Assembly (NCBI GenBank): GCA_965662235.1
Contig: CBFIGY010000007.1
Location: 32,001-96,000, forward strand
Reading direction: 5' to 3'
Source of the DNA: an uncultured bacterium
GTDB lineage: Bacteria; SAR324; NAC60-12
DNA length: 64,000 bases
This document shows, in pieces, positions 19,913 to 29,036 of this stretch (within the stretch, counting starts at the first letter, position 1; the number at the start of each line of letters is the position of its first letter). The notes under the pieces are model-generated. The model did no database searches and was not told where the DNA came from. It saw only the letters and a program-made list of their open reading frames with translations. The translations under genes and the position numbers were made by a program.

Positions 19913-21012
19913 CAGGGCTTTGGGGAAGTGGCATGGGGGAGGCAGCACTCGCCGCCGGTAACCGGCTTTGTGACTCCGGTGGTTTCCGGAAGAGAAAGGG
20001 GCCAGCCCTGCTGACTGCGGACGGCGAGGTAGGCGAAGGCCTGCGCTTCCAGAAAGTCTCCGGACCAGCCGACAGCCTCAACCGGTTCAACGGGAACCTG
20101 CAGTCGCTGCTGCAGCTGGTGCATCAAGGCGGTGTTGTGCCGTCCGCCTCCGGTGACCAGCCACCGCTGAGGAGCTTGCGGAAACCAACGGCCTGCTGCG
20201 GCAACCGACTCCACCACAAATTGCGCTAGGGTGGCCAGCGCGTCTGGAAGGGGAAGAGCGGCAGCAGCAGAGACGTCAAACTGGTTGCGGTCCAAGGACT
20301 TGGGGGCCGGCTTCTGAAAGTAGGGATGCCTCATCCACTGCTCCACGAGTTTTTTGTCCGAAGTCCCTTGCTGAGCAAGAGCGCCGCCGGCGTCATACGC
20401 TTGCCCGGTGCGTTCCCGGAGCAGATCGTCCATCGGTGCGTTCGCCGGGCCGGTATCAAATGCGCAGAGGGTGTTTCCGGGACCCAGCCAGGTGACGTTT
20501 CCCACGCCCCCAAGGTTGAGGATGGCAAGCGGGCGCTCAAGCGAATGCGCCAGTGCTTGGTGGAAGAGAGGCGCAAGCGGGGCCCCCTGGCCTCCGTGGG
20601 CCAGGTCGTTGTGTCGAAAACGATAGACCACCGGGCATCCGAGGGCATGAGCCAGTCGGGGACCATCGCCAAGCTGGTCGGTTTCACCACGCTCCGGATG
20701 GTGAGAGAGGGTTTGTCCGTGAAAGCCCACTCCGTCAAGTGCCTCGGGAGCCAGCTGGTGCTCTGCAAGGAAGGACTGAATGGCGGCGGCATTGAAGTCC
20801 GTGAAGGCCACCTCAAGCGCCGCGCGGTCTCCCTGCCCGTGCATGAGCCCGAGCAGCGCCGTTTTTAGCTCCGGCGGCAGGGGCACTGCCTGAGTGGGAC
20901 CGAACTCGAGATGATGTTGCCCATCGGTCCGGAGCAGAGCCAGGTCTAGCCCGTCGGTGGAGGTGCCGGTCATCAGGCCAAGGGTGGTCAACAGAGGGAG
21001 CGGAGTGGTCAC
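19912..21012 (-). CDS. anmK: Anhydro-N-acetylmuramic acid kinase
   Basis: GLMTGTSTDGLD, GFHGQT, GGQGAPL, NLGGVGN, FDTGPAN, EAQAFA. GTG start assumed. Confidence 0.95.
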   Translation of the reverse strand: MTTPLPLLTTLGLMTGTSTDGLDLALLRTDGQHHLEFGPTQAVPLPPELKTALLGLMHGQGDRAALEVAFTDFNAAAIQSFLAEHQLAPEALDGVGFHGQTLSHHPERGETDQLGDGPRLAHALGCPVVYRFRHNDLAHGGQGAPLAPLFHQALAHSLERPLAILNLGGVGNVTWLGPGNTLCAFDTGPANAPMDDLLRERTGQAYDAGGALAQQGTSDKKLVEQWMRHPYFQKPAPKSLDRNQFDVSAAAALPLPDALATLAQFVVESVAAAGRWFPQAPQRWLVTGGGRHNTALMHQLQQRLQVPVEPVEAVGWSGDFLEAQAFAYLAVRSQQGWPLSLPETTGVTKPVTGGECCLPHATSPKP

Positions 21013-21198
21013 AGCAGTACCCGTGGAAAAGGCGGTGGAGCTTCTCGGAAGCAGCGTCCCCAATTGATGCCATGTTGCGGGGGGAAAGAAAAGCGTTTTG
21101 CCGGAAAGCGGGGCCTGCGCCGGATACTTGCGAAACCAGGACGCTCGAATTAGGGTGTTTGGTACCGAGCATGAACCCCTACTTTTGCAGGAACCGCC

Positions 21199-22152
21199 AT
21201 GACGATGATCAAAATTCCCAAACGCTGGGAACTGCCTGAATCTGCAGTCACTTCAGAAGAACTGTTTTGGAACCGCCGTCAGCTCCTGAAGGCTTCCGGT
21301 GTCTCTCTGCTGGCGCTCGCAAGTGGGGCCTCCGGGGCTCAGGCGGCCACCGCCGGCTTTCCGACCTCCCGGAACCCCAAGTACGCTGACGAGTTGGGCG
21401 GGCTGACCTCTGAGGAGCTGGTGACGGGTTACAACAACTTCTACGAATTCACCACTGACAAGGAAGACGTGGCCGACCTGGCCAGGAACTGGAAAACGGA
21501 GCCCTGGACGCTCAAGGTGGATGGACTGGTTCGAGAGCCGTTTGAGGTGGAGGCCAACGACCTGGTCCGGGAGTTTGGAATTGAGCAGCGCATCTACCGG
21601 TTCCGCTGCGTGGAAGCGTGGTCGATGGTGGTGCCCTGGGACGGTTTCCCGCTTGCTAAGCTGGTGGCCAAGGCTGACCCGCTTCCGGAAGCCAAGTACG
21701 TCCGCTTTGTCTCCTTCATGGACCCTGAACAGGCTCCGGGATTTGGGAGCAGCTACTATCCCTGGCCGTATCAGGAGGGGCTCCGTCTGGATGAGGCGCG
21801 CCACGATCTGTCCCTGATGGTCACGGGGGTGTATGGCAAGCCGTTGCCCAATCAAAATGGCGCTCCGCTGCGCCTGATGGTCCCGTGGAAGTACGGGTTC
21901 AAGAGCATCAAGTCGATTGTCCGCATGGAGTTTGTCAAGGAGATGCCGAAGACGCTCTGGAATACGATGGCGCCCCGGGAGTATGGGTTTTATGCCAACG
22001 TCAACCCGGAGGTGTCGCACCCACGTTGGTCACAGGCGCAGGAGCGTCCGGCAGGAACGTGGTTCAAGAAGATCCCGACCCTGATGTTCAACGGCTATGA
22101 GCCCGAAGTGGCGGGACTGTATCAGGGCATGGACCTGCGTCAGTGGTACTGA
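21199..22152 (+). CDS. msrP: Protein-methionine-sulfoxide reductase catalytic subunit
   Basis: Tat signal RRQLLK, YNNFYEF, FRCVEAWSM, QNGAPLRL, PWKYGFKSIK. Confidence 0.96.
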   Translation: MTMIKIPKRWELPESAVTSEELFWNRRQLLKASGVSLLALASGASGAQAATAGFPTSRNPKYADELGGLTSEELVTGYNNFYEFTTDKEDVADLARNWKTEPWTLKVDGLVREPFEVEANDLVREFGIEQRIYRFRCVEAWSMVVPWDGFPLAKLVAKADPLPEAKYVRFVSFMDPEQAPGFGSSYYPWPYQEGLRLDEARHDLSLMVTGVYGKPLPNQNGAPLRLMVPWKYGFKSIKSIVRMEFVKEMPKTLWNTMAPREYGFYANVNPEVSHPRWSQAQERPAGTWFKKIPTLMFNGYEPEVAGLYQGMDLRQWY

Positions 22153-22775
22153 AGGCGCTGTTCCCGCTGCTGGTGGGCGCGTTGCTGCTGCCAGTGGTCT
22201 GGTGGGGCGGGGTGCTGGTCTGGGGAGCGCCCAAGGCGAACCCGGTGGAGTACCTGCTCCTCAACACCGGCGAGGTGGCCACCTACCTGCTGTGTGGAAC
22301 GCTCCTGATTAGCCCGCTGCGGGTGTTCTTTCCGCAGGTGCTGCTGCTGAAACGCCTGTCCGGACACAAGCGAACGCTGGGGCTGGGGTGCTTTGCCTAC
22401 GCCTTCCTCCACGGAGGAGTGTACCTGCTGGACCGCTTTGACTGGGGCCTGGTGTGGGACGACCTAGGGCGGCTCTTCATTGCGGTGGGCCTGGGTGGCT
22501 TGCTGGTGCTGCTGGCATTGGCCCTCACCAGCAGCAACCGGGCGGTCAAGGCCCTAGGAGGGCGGCGCTGGAAGCGACTGCACCAAGCCGCTTACCTAGC
22601 GGCAGTGCTGGTGTTCTGGCACATGCTGCTCAAGGAAAAACACTCTCCACTGGAGCCGCTGCTGCTGTTTGTCCCCCTTGCGCTTCTGGAGGGGTTCCGG
22701 GTTTACCGGTTCTGGCAGCGTCGGCAACAGAAGCCCCCCGTTGTGCCTGCAGCCCCCGCTAAGAAACCCTCGTGA
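22143..22775 (+). CDS. msrQ: Protein-methionine-sulfoxide reductase heme-binding subunit
   Basis: Ferric-reductase-like TM protein (RTLGL..FAYAFLH, LALTS, WKRLH) overlapping msrP. Confidence 0.88.
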   Translation: MVLKALFPLLVGALLLPVVWWGGVLVWGAPKANPVEYLLLNTGEVATYLLCGTLLISPLRVFFPQVLLLKRLSGHKRTLGLGCFAYAFLHGGVYLLDRFDWGLVWDDLGRLFIAVGLGGLLVLLALALTSSNRAVKALGGRRWKRLHQAAYLAAVLVFWHMLLKEKHSPLEPLLLFVPLALLEGFRVYRFWQRRQQKPPVVPAAPAKKPS

Positions 22776-22800
22776 CTCACGGGGCGGATTCTGCCATAAT
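22772..22800 (+). promoter_or_regulatory. Candidate sigma70 promoter for dnaE
   Basis: GTGACT-N17-CATAAT with an extended -10 TG. Confidence 0.45.
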
Positions 22801-22832
22801 TGTCGGCTCAAAAACCGGAACCGACGAAACGC

Positions 22833-25800
22833 ATGTTCACCCACCTCCACCTTCACACCCAATACTCTCTGCTGGAAGGCGCTATTCGCGTCAAGAAGCT
22901 GGTCAAGGCGCTCCAGGAACGAGACTTCCAGGCCTGTGCGATCACCGACCATGGGAACATGTATGGGGCGGTCGAGTTCCACCATGCCCTCCGGGGAGCC
23001 GGACTGAAGCCCATCATCGGTTTGGGCGCGTCGGTTGTCGAAGGACGACTGGCCGATCATCAGGACTCGCCAAAAGTCACCAGCCACACCCTCAACCTGC
23101 TCTGTGAAAACCGCGAAGGCTACCAGAGCCTGACCTACCTTGCGAGCCTCGGCTTCACCCAGGGTAAGCTCAAGGGGCACCCGCACCTCGACCATGAACT
23201 GCTGGAGCAGCACGCCAAGGGGCTCATCGCCTTCAGTGGCAGCATGGAAAGTGAGATTGGGCAACGCTTGCTCAACGGACGGATTGACGACGCGCGTCGG
23301 CTGGCCGAGTGGTACCAGGGGCTTTACGAGGGACGCTTCTACTTAGAGGTGCAGAACACCGGGCGCCCGGAACAGGCGGAGCTGAACGCCCAGCTGGTGG
23401 CCCTGAGTCAGGAGCTGAACCTTCCGCTGCTGGGGACCAACGACTGCTTCTACCTGACCCCGGATGAAGCCGAGGCCCAGTACATTCTCTGGCTGATGGG
23501 AGAGCAGCGTCGGGTGACGGATTCTGATGTGCCGGCGCAGTTGCCTCCGGAACGCTTTCTGCGGACGGAAGAGGAGATGCGAGCCGCCTTGGCTGGGCTC
23601 CCGGAGGAGGCGTTGACCAACACGCAGCTCATCGCTGAGCGGTGTGAAGTAGACCTGACGAACAAACAGTACTTCCTGCCCAACTTTTCCATTCCTCCTG
23701 GGTACACGCTCGACTCCTGGTTGGAGAAGGAAGCCCGGGACGGCTTGGAAAAACGCTTGGAGCTGCTGTATGAACTCTATGCCCCGGAAGAGGACTTTGA
23801 GGTCTTCCGGAAGCCGTATGAGGAGCGCCTCCAGTTTGAGCTGGGCATCATCATCTCCATGAAGTTCCCGGGGTACTTCCTCATCGTTGCAGACTTCATC
23901 AACTGGGCAAAGGACCATGGGGTGTCGGTGGGGCCAGGACGGGGTTCCGGAGCCGGCTCGCTGGTGGCCTACTCGCTGCGGATCACAGACGTTGACCCTC
24001 TGCGCTATGGCCTGCTCTTTGAGCGCTTCCTCAATCCGGACCGCATCTCCATGCCTGACTTCGACATCGACTTTGATGTGGAGGGCCGAGACAGCGTCAT
24101 TGACTACGTCCGGGACCACTACGGGGAGCAGAACGTGTGTCAGATTGCGACCTTCGGGTCCCTCAAGGCCAAGGCGGTGGTCCGGGGCGTGGCACGGGTG
24201 CTGGACTTTCCCTATTCGGAGGCCGACAAGATCGCCAAGCTGGTTCCCAATGAGCTGAACATCGCGCTGGAGGACGCGCTGAAGAAGGAGCCGGAGCTGG
24301 CCCGCATGGCCCGTGAAGGGTCGGACAACGAACAGCGCCTCATTGACCTGAGCCTGAAGCTGGAGAACCTCAACACTCACCTTGGGACACATGCTGCCGG
24401 GGTGATCATCATGGATCAGGACATCCGGGAAGTGATGCCGGTGTGCACCGGGCGCGAGGGGGAGCTGCAGTCGCAGTACACGATGAAGTGGGCAGAAGAC
24501 CAGGGCGCGGTTAAGTTCGACTTCCTCGGCCTCCTCAACCTCTCGAACATCGACCAGTCCCTGACCCTGATCAATGAGGGCCGTCCGGATGCGCAGCAGC
24601 TGGATCTCGACCGGATCTCCATGGACGACCCGTTGGCGTTTGAGCTGCTCTGCAACGCCGACACCACCGGCGTCTTCCAGGTCGAGTCTTCTGGCATGAA
24701 GAAGCTGCTGGCGGACATGCGGCCCAGCTGCTTTGAGGACATTGTGGCCATCCTGGCCCTGTACCGTCCGGGCCCCCTGGGTTCCGGGATGGTGGATGAC
24801 TTTGTGCAGTGCAAGCACGGACGCAAGAAGGTGGTGTACCCGCACCCGCTCATGGAGCCGATCCTCAAGGAAACCTACGGGGTGATGGTCTACCAAGAGC
24901 AGATCATGCAGGGGGTGCAGGTGCTGGCGGGCTTCAGCTTGGGGCAGGCCGACCTGCTCCGGCGGGCGATCGGCAAGAAAATCGCCGAGGTGATGGTCGA
25001 GCAGCGGACCAAGTTTGTAGACGGCTGCGTGGCCAATCCAGAATTTGTCCAGCAGTGCCCCGCCCAGACGACTCCAGAGGAAAAGGCGAATGAGATCTTC
25101 GACCTCATTGACTACTTCTCCGGATACGGGTTCAACAAGTCCCACACCGTTGCCTACGGGCTGATTTCTTATCAAACGGCCTACCTCAAGGCCCACTACC
25201 CTGTCGAGTTCATGGCCGCTTTGCTCAATGGCGCCATGGGCAGTCCAGACAAGGTGGTGAACTTCATTGGCGAGTGCAAGGAAATGGGCGTTCCGGTGCT
25301 GCCGCCGGACGTCAATTACAGCGGAAAGGCCTTCACGGTCTCGCCCCTGGGGTACCGTGTGACCCGCCGGACGCTGGTGCACTTTGACCGAGACTGGTCA
25401 GGGCTGGAAGACGCGACCCGCGAGTCGCTGAAGCGGGCGCTGCAGGTGCTGCGAGAGAAGGAGTTTGAGCGCGAATCCTCCTTCCTGCAGGAACTGGAAC
25501 GTCAGTCGGGAGCCGAACTGCCCGACGGCCTGACCGCGTGGCTGGGACGAGAGGCCCGGATTCTAGCTGTTCGGTTTGGCCTCAACGCAGTGAAAAACGT
25601 GGGTAGCCACGCTGTGGACGCCATTCTGGAGGTCCGGGAGCAGGGCACGCTTACGGACTTCATGGAGTTCCTCAAGGCGGTGGACCTCGGGCGACTCAAC
25701 AAGCGCATGCTGGAAACCCTGGTCAAGTGTGGGGCCTTCGACTCTCTGCACGCCAATCGGGCGCAGCTGTTTGTGTGCCTAGATGATGCCATGCACCTTG

Positions 25801-26603
25801 CGCAGGAGTTTCAGCGAGACCAGGACGCCAACCAGGTATCGCTCTTTGAGCTGATGGATGAATCGGATGCGCGTGCCACTGAGACCCGTCTGGAGTTTCC
25901 GGAGATGCGTGACTGGTCCACCGAAGAACGGCTTCAGCAGGAAAAGGAAGCCCTCGGCTTTTACGTGTCCGGGCACCCCCTCGACCGGTACCTTGCCGAA
26001 GCCAAGCAGCTGGCGACGACAACCGCAGAGCTGCTCGATGGCACCTTTACCGATGAGTATGCTTCGCTTGTGGGCGTGGTGGTGGACAAAACCGTACGAC
26101 TCAACAAGGACTCAGAAAAATTCGCCATCGTCCGCATCGAGGACCTGCGAGGCACCCTCGAGTTTCCGATCTACGCCCGGACTTACAACGAATGCGCCGA
26201 GGTGCTGGAGGAGGACGGACCGCTGCTCATTCAGGGACGGGTGGTGCAGCGCGACGAAGAAGTGACCCTCATTCCGGACAAAATTCAGCGCCTCCGGGAC
26301 GTCCGTCAGCAAGAAGCGGAGCGGCTCACCCTGGAGCTGTACCCGGACTCGCTGAGTGACGATCAGTTGCGCCTGCTCCGGAACATCCTCAAGAAGTACC
26401 CGGGTGACCGTCCTCTGGACTTCCTGGTGCATGCGGAAGAAGGCGTCACCGTGACCGTGCAGGTGGAAGACACCGTCCAGTTTGCTCCGGCCCTGACGTT
26501 GGAGCTGGAGGAGCTGCTTCCTTCACGGCAGCTGCTGTTCCGCTATCCTTCCCGCCCACGCAGTGCACCGTCCTCCGGACGCCGTTATGCGCATGCCGCC
26601 TAA
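22833..26603 (+). CDS. dnaE: DNA polymerase III alpha subunit
   Basis: PHP domain HLHLHTQYS, GPGRGSGAGS, MPDFDIDF catalytic Asps, KFDFLGL, GYGFNKSH, OB fold. Confidence 0.98.
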   Translation: MFTHLHLHTQYSLLEGAIRVKKLVKALQERDFQACAITDHGNMYGAVEFHHALRGAGLKPIIGLGASVVEGRLADHQDSPKVTSHTLNLLCENREGYQSLTYLASLGFTQGKLKGHPHLDHELLEQHAKGLIAFSGSMESEIGQRLLNGRIDDARRLAEWYQGLYEGRFYLEVQNTGRPEQAELNAQLVALSQELNLPLLGTNDCFYLTPDEAEAQYILWLMGEQRRVTDSDVPAQLPPERFLRTEEEMRAALAGLPEEALTNTQLIAERCEVDLTNKQYFLPNFSIPPGYTLDSWLEKEARDGLEKRLELLYELYAPEEDFEVFRKPYEERLQFELGIIISMKFPGYFLIVADFINWAKDHGVSVGPGRGSGAGSLVAYSLRITDVDPLRYGLLFERFLNPDRISMPDFDIDFDVEGRDSVIDYVRDHYGEQNVCQIATFGSLKAKAVVRGVARVLDFPYSEADKIAKLVPNELNIALEDALKKEPELARMAREGSDNEQRLIDLSLKLENLNTHLGTHAAGVIIMDQDIREVMPVCTGREGELQSQYTMKWAEDQGAVKFDFLGLLNLSNIDQSLTLINEGRPDAQQLDLDRISMDDPLAFELLCNADTTGVFQVESSGMKKLLADMRPSCFEDIVAILALYRPGPLGSGMVDDFVQCKHGRKKVVYPHPLMEPILKETYGVMVYQEQIMQGVQVLAGFSLGQADLLRRAIGKKIAEVMVEQRTKFVDGCVANPEFVQQCPAQTTPEEKANEIFDLIDYFSGYGFNKSHTVAYGLISYQTAYLKAHYPVEFMAALLNGAMGSPDKVVNFIGECKEMGVPVLPPDVNYSGKAFTVSPLGYRVTRRTLVHFDRDWSGLEDATRESLKRALQVLREKEFERESSFLQELERQSGAELPDGLTAWLGREARILAVRFGLNAVKNVGSHAVDAILEVREQGTLTDFMEFLKAVDLGRLNKRMLETLVKCGAFDSLHANRAQLFVCLDDAMHLAQEFQRDQDANQVSLFELMDESDARATETRLEFPEMRDWSTEERLQQEKEALGFYVSGHPLDRYLAEAKQLATTTAELLDGTFTDEYASLVGVVVDKTVRLNKDSEKFAIVRIEDLRGTLEFPIYARTYNECAEVLEEDGPLLIQGRVVQRDEEVTLIPDKIQRLRDVRQQEAERLTLELYPDSLSDDQLRLLRNILKKYPGDRPLDFLVHAEEGVTVTVQVEDTVQFAPALTLELEELLPSRQLLFRYPSRPRSAPSSGRRYAHAA

Positions 26604-27111
26604 ACGCCCCCCGAATCCGGCAAGCCCGGCCTCTGCTGCAGATCAAGACGCGGCAACGGCGCACCTTCGCCAAGCGGTCGTGGACGATGCGCCTGTGCTG
26701 CATCGCCTGCTGAAGGCCCTGGCGGCGTTTCATGGTCCGGAAACCGCGTTTTGGTCCACCCCGGAAGCCATTGCACGCGACGGCTTCGGCCCAGAGGCCC
26801 GCTACGAGTCGTGGCTAGCCGAGGTCCAGGGAGAACCGGTGGGGGTGGCGACTTTCTTCCTGACGTACTCCACGTTCAAGGCACAGGCGTGCCTGCACCT
26901 CGACAACCTGTTTGTGGAACCTGCCTTCCGGGGACGCGGAGTGGCGCGTCAGCTGCTGGAACGGGTCCGGACCCGGGCACAGGAGCTCAGGTGCGTTCGC
27001 GTGGACCTGCACGTTTATGCCACCAATCCGGCGCGCCAGGTGTATGAACGCTTTGGCTTCGAGCACACCTCGGATGCGGTTTACACCCTTAACCTTCACC
27101 CGCGCTCATGA
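26593..27111 (+). CDS. GNAT family N-acetyltransferase (SSAT-like)
   Basis: YSTFKA, LDNLFVEPAFRGRGVA, NPARQVYERFGF. Confidence 0.85.
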   Translation: MPPKRPPNPASPASAADQDAATAHLRQAVVDDAPVLHRLLKALAAFHGPETAFWSTPEAIARDGFGPEARYESWLAEVQGEPVGVATFFLTYSTFKAQACLHLDNLFVEPAFRGRGVARQLLERVRTRAQELRCVRVDLHVYATNPARQVYERFGFEHTSDAVYTLNLHPRS

Positions 27112-28040
27112 CGTTCCTCATTCAGGCTCCGGAAAGCTTTCAGCCGGAGCGTTACCGTCAACTGCTCGCAGACGCGGCGCCCGACATTCCCGTCCGGTTG
27201 AGTGATGAGCCTGGCGACCCGGGGGCCGTGGTGTTTGCCGCCGGCTGGAATCCTCCGGATGGCTACTGGCACCAGTTTCCGAACCTGCAGGGGATCACGT
27301 CTCTGGGCGCAGGCGTAGACAGCCTCCTCCGCGATGCCGATATTCCGCCAGGGTTGCCGATTGCGCGGCTGGTGGACGATGAGATGGCGCGTCGCATGAC
27401 CGAATACATGCTGCTGGCGGTGCTCTCGCACAAGCGCCGGTGGCTTGATTACGCCGAGCATCCGGACGGCGCCGGCTGGGGCATCAGCATCGCTCACCCC
27501 GGACATCAGGTGGGCATCTTGGGGTTGGGGCACCTGGGGACCGCGGTGGCGCAGGGCTTTCAGTCGCTGGGATACGGGGTTGCCGGCTGGGTCCGGAGTC
27601 CTCGAGAAAGCCCGCTGCCGAATCTTCCTCTGTACGTCGGGGACCGTGGCTTGCCGGCTCTTCTGCAAGGCGCCGACTACGTCATCAGCCTCCTGCCGCT
27701 CACGCCCGAGACGCGGAACCGCTTTGACCGGGCCGTGCTCAGCGAGATGAAGCCCGGGGCTTACTTCATCAATGCCGGACGGGGACAGACGGTGGTGGAA
27801 GCTGACCTGCTGGCGCTTGTGCAGTCGGGTCATCTTTCTGGAGCCTGCCTGGACGTGTTTCAGGAGGAGCCGCTTCCAGCAGACCACCCCTTCCGGAAGG
27901 AACCTCGCATCCGCATCACGCCCCACATTTCCAGCATCACGCCTCCGGAGTCGGTGCTCCCGCAGATCATTGACAACTACCGCCGGGCGGCGTCCGGACA
28001 GCCGCTGCTCAACCTGATTGACCGGACCCGTGGTTACTGA
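27108..28040 (+). CDS. ghrA: Glyoxylate/hydroxypyruvate reductase A-like D-2-hydroxyacid dehydrogenase
   Basis: GAGVD, GILGLGHLG, LPLTPET, INAGRG, LDVFQEEPLP, ITPHIS. Confidence 0.85.
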   Translation: MTFLIQAPESFQPERYRQLLADAAPDIPVRLSDEPGDPGAVVFAAGWNPPDGYWHQFPNLQGITSLGAGVDSLLRDADIPPGLPIARLVDDEMARRMTEYMLLAVLSHKRRWLDYAEHPDGAGWGISIAHPGHQVGILGLGHLGTAVAQGFQSLGYGVAGWVRSPRESPLPNLPLYVGDRGLPALLQGADYVISLLPLTPETRNRFDRAVLSEMKPGAYFINAGRGQTVVEADLLALVQSGHLSGACLDVFQEEPLPADHPFRKEPRIRITPHISSITPPESVLPQIIDNYRRAASGQPLLNLIDRTRGY

Positions 28041-29034
28041 AATCCGAAGGGGCCTCCTGGTGCTGCTTGGCAGCCTGCTGCTGCACACGGGGTGCGGACT
28101 CAAAACGTCCCCGCAGCCGTTGGCGCCAAGTGAGCAGCAGCCGTATGTGCAGAGTCCGTTTGTCCGGCAAAAAGGAGAAACCCTCCGGGTGAGTTGGCTC
28201 TCCCTCAGGCGTCCGGACACAATTCGACTGCAGGTTTGGCTGACAGAACCGCTTTGCACCCGTTGTGAACCAAGGCTTCACGAGGAACTTCTCTTGCAGG
28301 AGGAGTTAAAGTTGGGACAAAATGAAGCCTCGGTTTCGCTCCCGCCACCTGTCGCTCCCACGGTGGAGGTTCGGTTGGAGGTGCAGAATACTGAGGACGG
28401 TCCTGATGAACCCATTGTGACCACCTGGGAGGGCCGCCCGTTCTTCCCCAATCCGCAGCCCCTGAAGGTGCAGACCATTGGGGTGGAGGAAGAGCGTGTT
28501 CTGCCGCAGGGAGAGGTTTCGTTGATCCTGACGGTTGCAGAAGAGGCCGGGGTGTCTCTGGAGGTTCCTCAGGAAGGGGCGTTGCTGCGCCGGACGGATC
28601 TGATTCGGCTGAGCTGGGAGCGTCCCCCGGAGTTTCAGGGCACGGTTCTGGATGAGCAAGGGGTGCTGTGGCAGACAGCAGCGTCTTACCGCGTGAACGT
28701 CTACCGGGTGGAACCGTCGGGTGAGCTGGCTCCGAAACCGCTGAATCCGGCGCCTCTGGAGTCGCGCTACTGGGTGTATCGCCGGCCTCGTCCTTCGGCA
28801 ACGGTGGCCCCTGCGAGTGGCCTGACCGAAATCCGTCCCGGGTTTCCGCAGCGTCGGGGTGCGTTTTATATTGATATAAAAGTGATTCCTCAAGATACTT
28901 ACAAATTTGCACACGTGCTGGTGGACCAGCGGGGAAATGAAAGCCCGGCGTCTCCAGTGGTGTCTCAGGCCCTCCCGGCCACCTATCCAAGCTGGTGGTT
29001 GCGGGCCTTGAACCTGTTTCCCTCAAGCCTCTAG
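28030..29034 (+). CDS. Hypothetical lipoprotein
   Basis: Lipobox-like LLHTGC-GLKTSP; no family recognised. Confidence 0.6.
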   Translation: MVTEIRRGLLVLLGSLLLHTGCGLKTSPQPLAPSEQQPYVQSPFVRQKGETLRVSWLSLRRPDTIRLQVWLTEPLCTRCEPRLHEELLLQEELKLGQNEASVSLPPPVAPTVEVRLEVQNTEDGPDEPIVTTWEGRPFFPNPQPLKVQTIGVEEERVLPQGEVSLILTVAEEAGVSLEVPQEGALLRRTDLIRLSWERPPEFQGTVLDEQGVLWQTAASYRVNVYRVEPSGELAPKPLNPAPLESRYWVYRRPRPSATVAPASGLTEIRPGFPQRRGAFYIDIKVIPQDTYKFAHVLVDQRGNESPASPVVSQALPATYPSWWLRALNLFPSSL

Positions 29035-29036
29035 CC

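Noticed and set aside
23343..25382. 679-aa minus-strand ORF, and similar ones at 31281-32594, 33723-35060 and 41919-43232
   Set aside because: Antisense shadows of dnaE, the carboxylase and secA; no independent coding signal.
25341..25568. DnaE insertion as an intein
   Set aside because: Too short, and lacks the terminal His-Asn followed by Cys/Ser/Thr.
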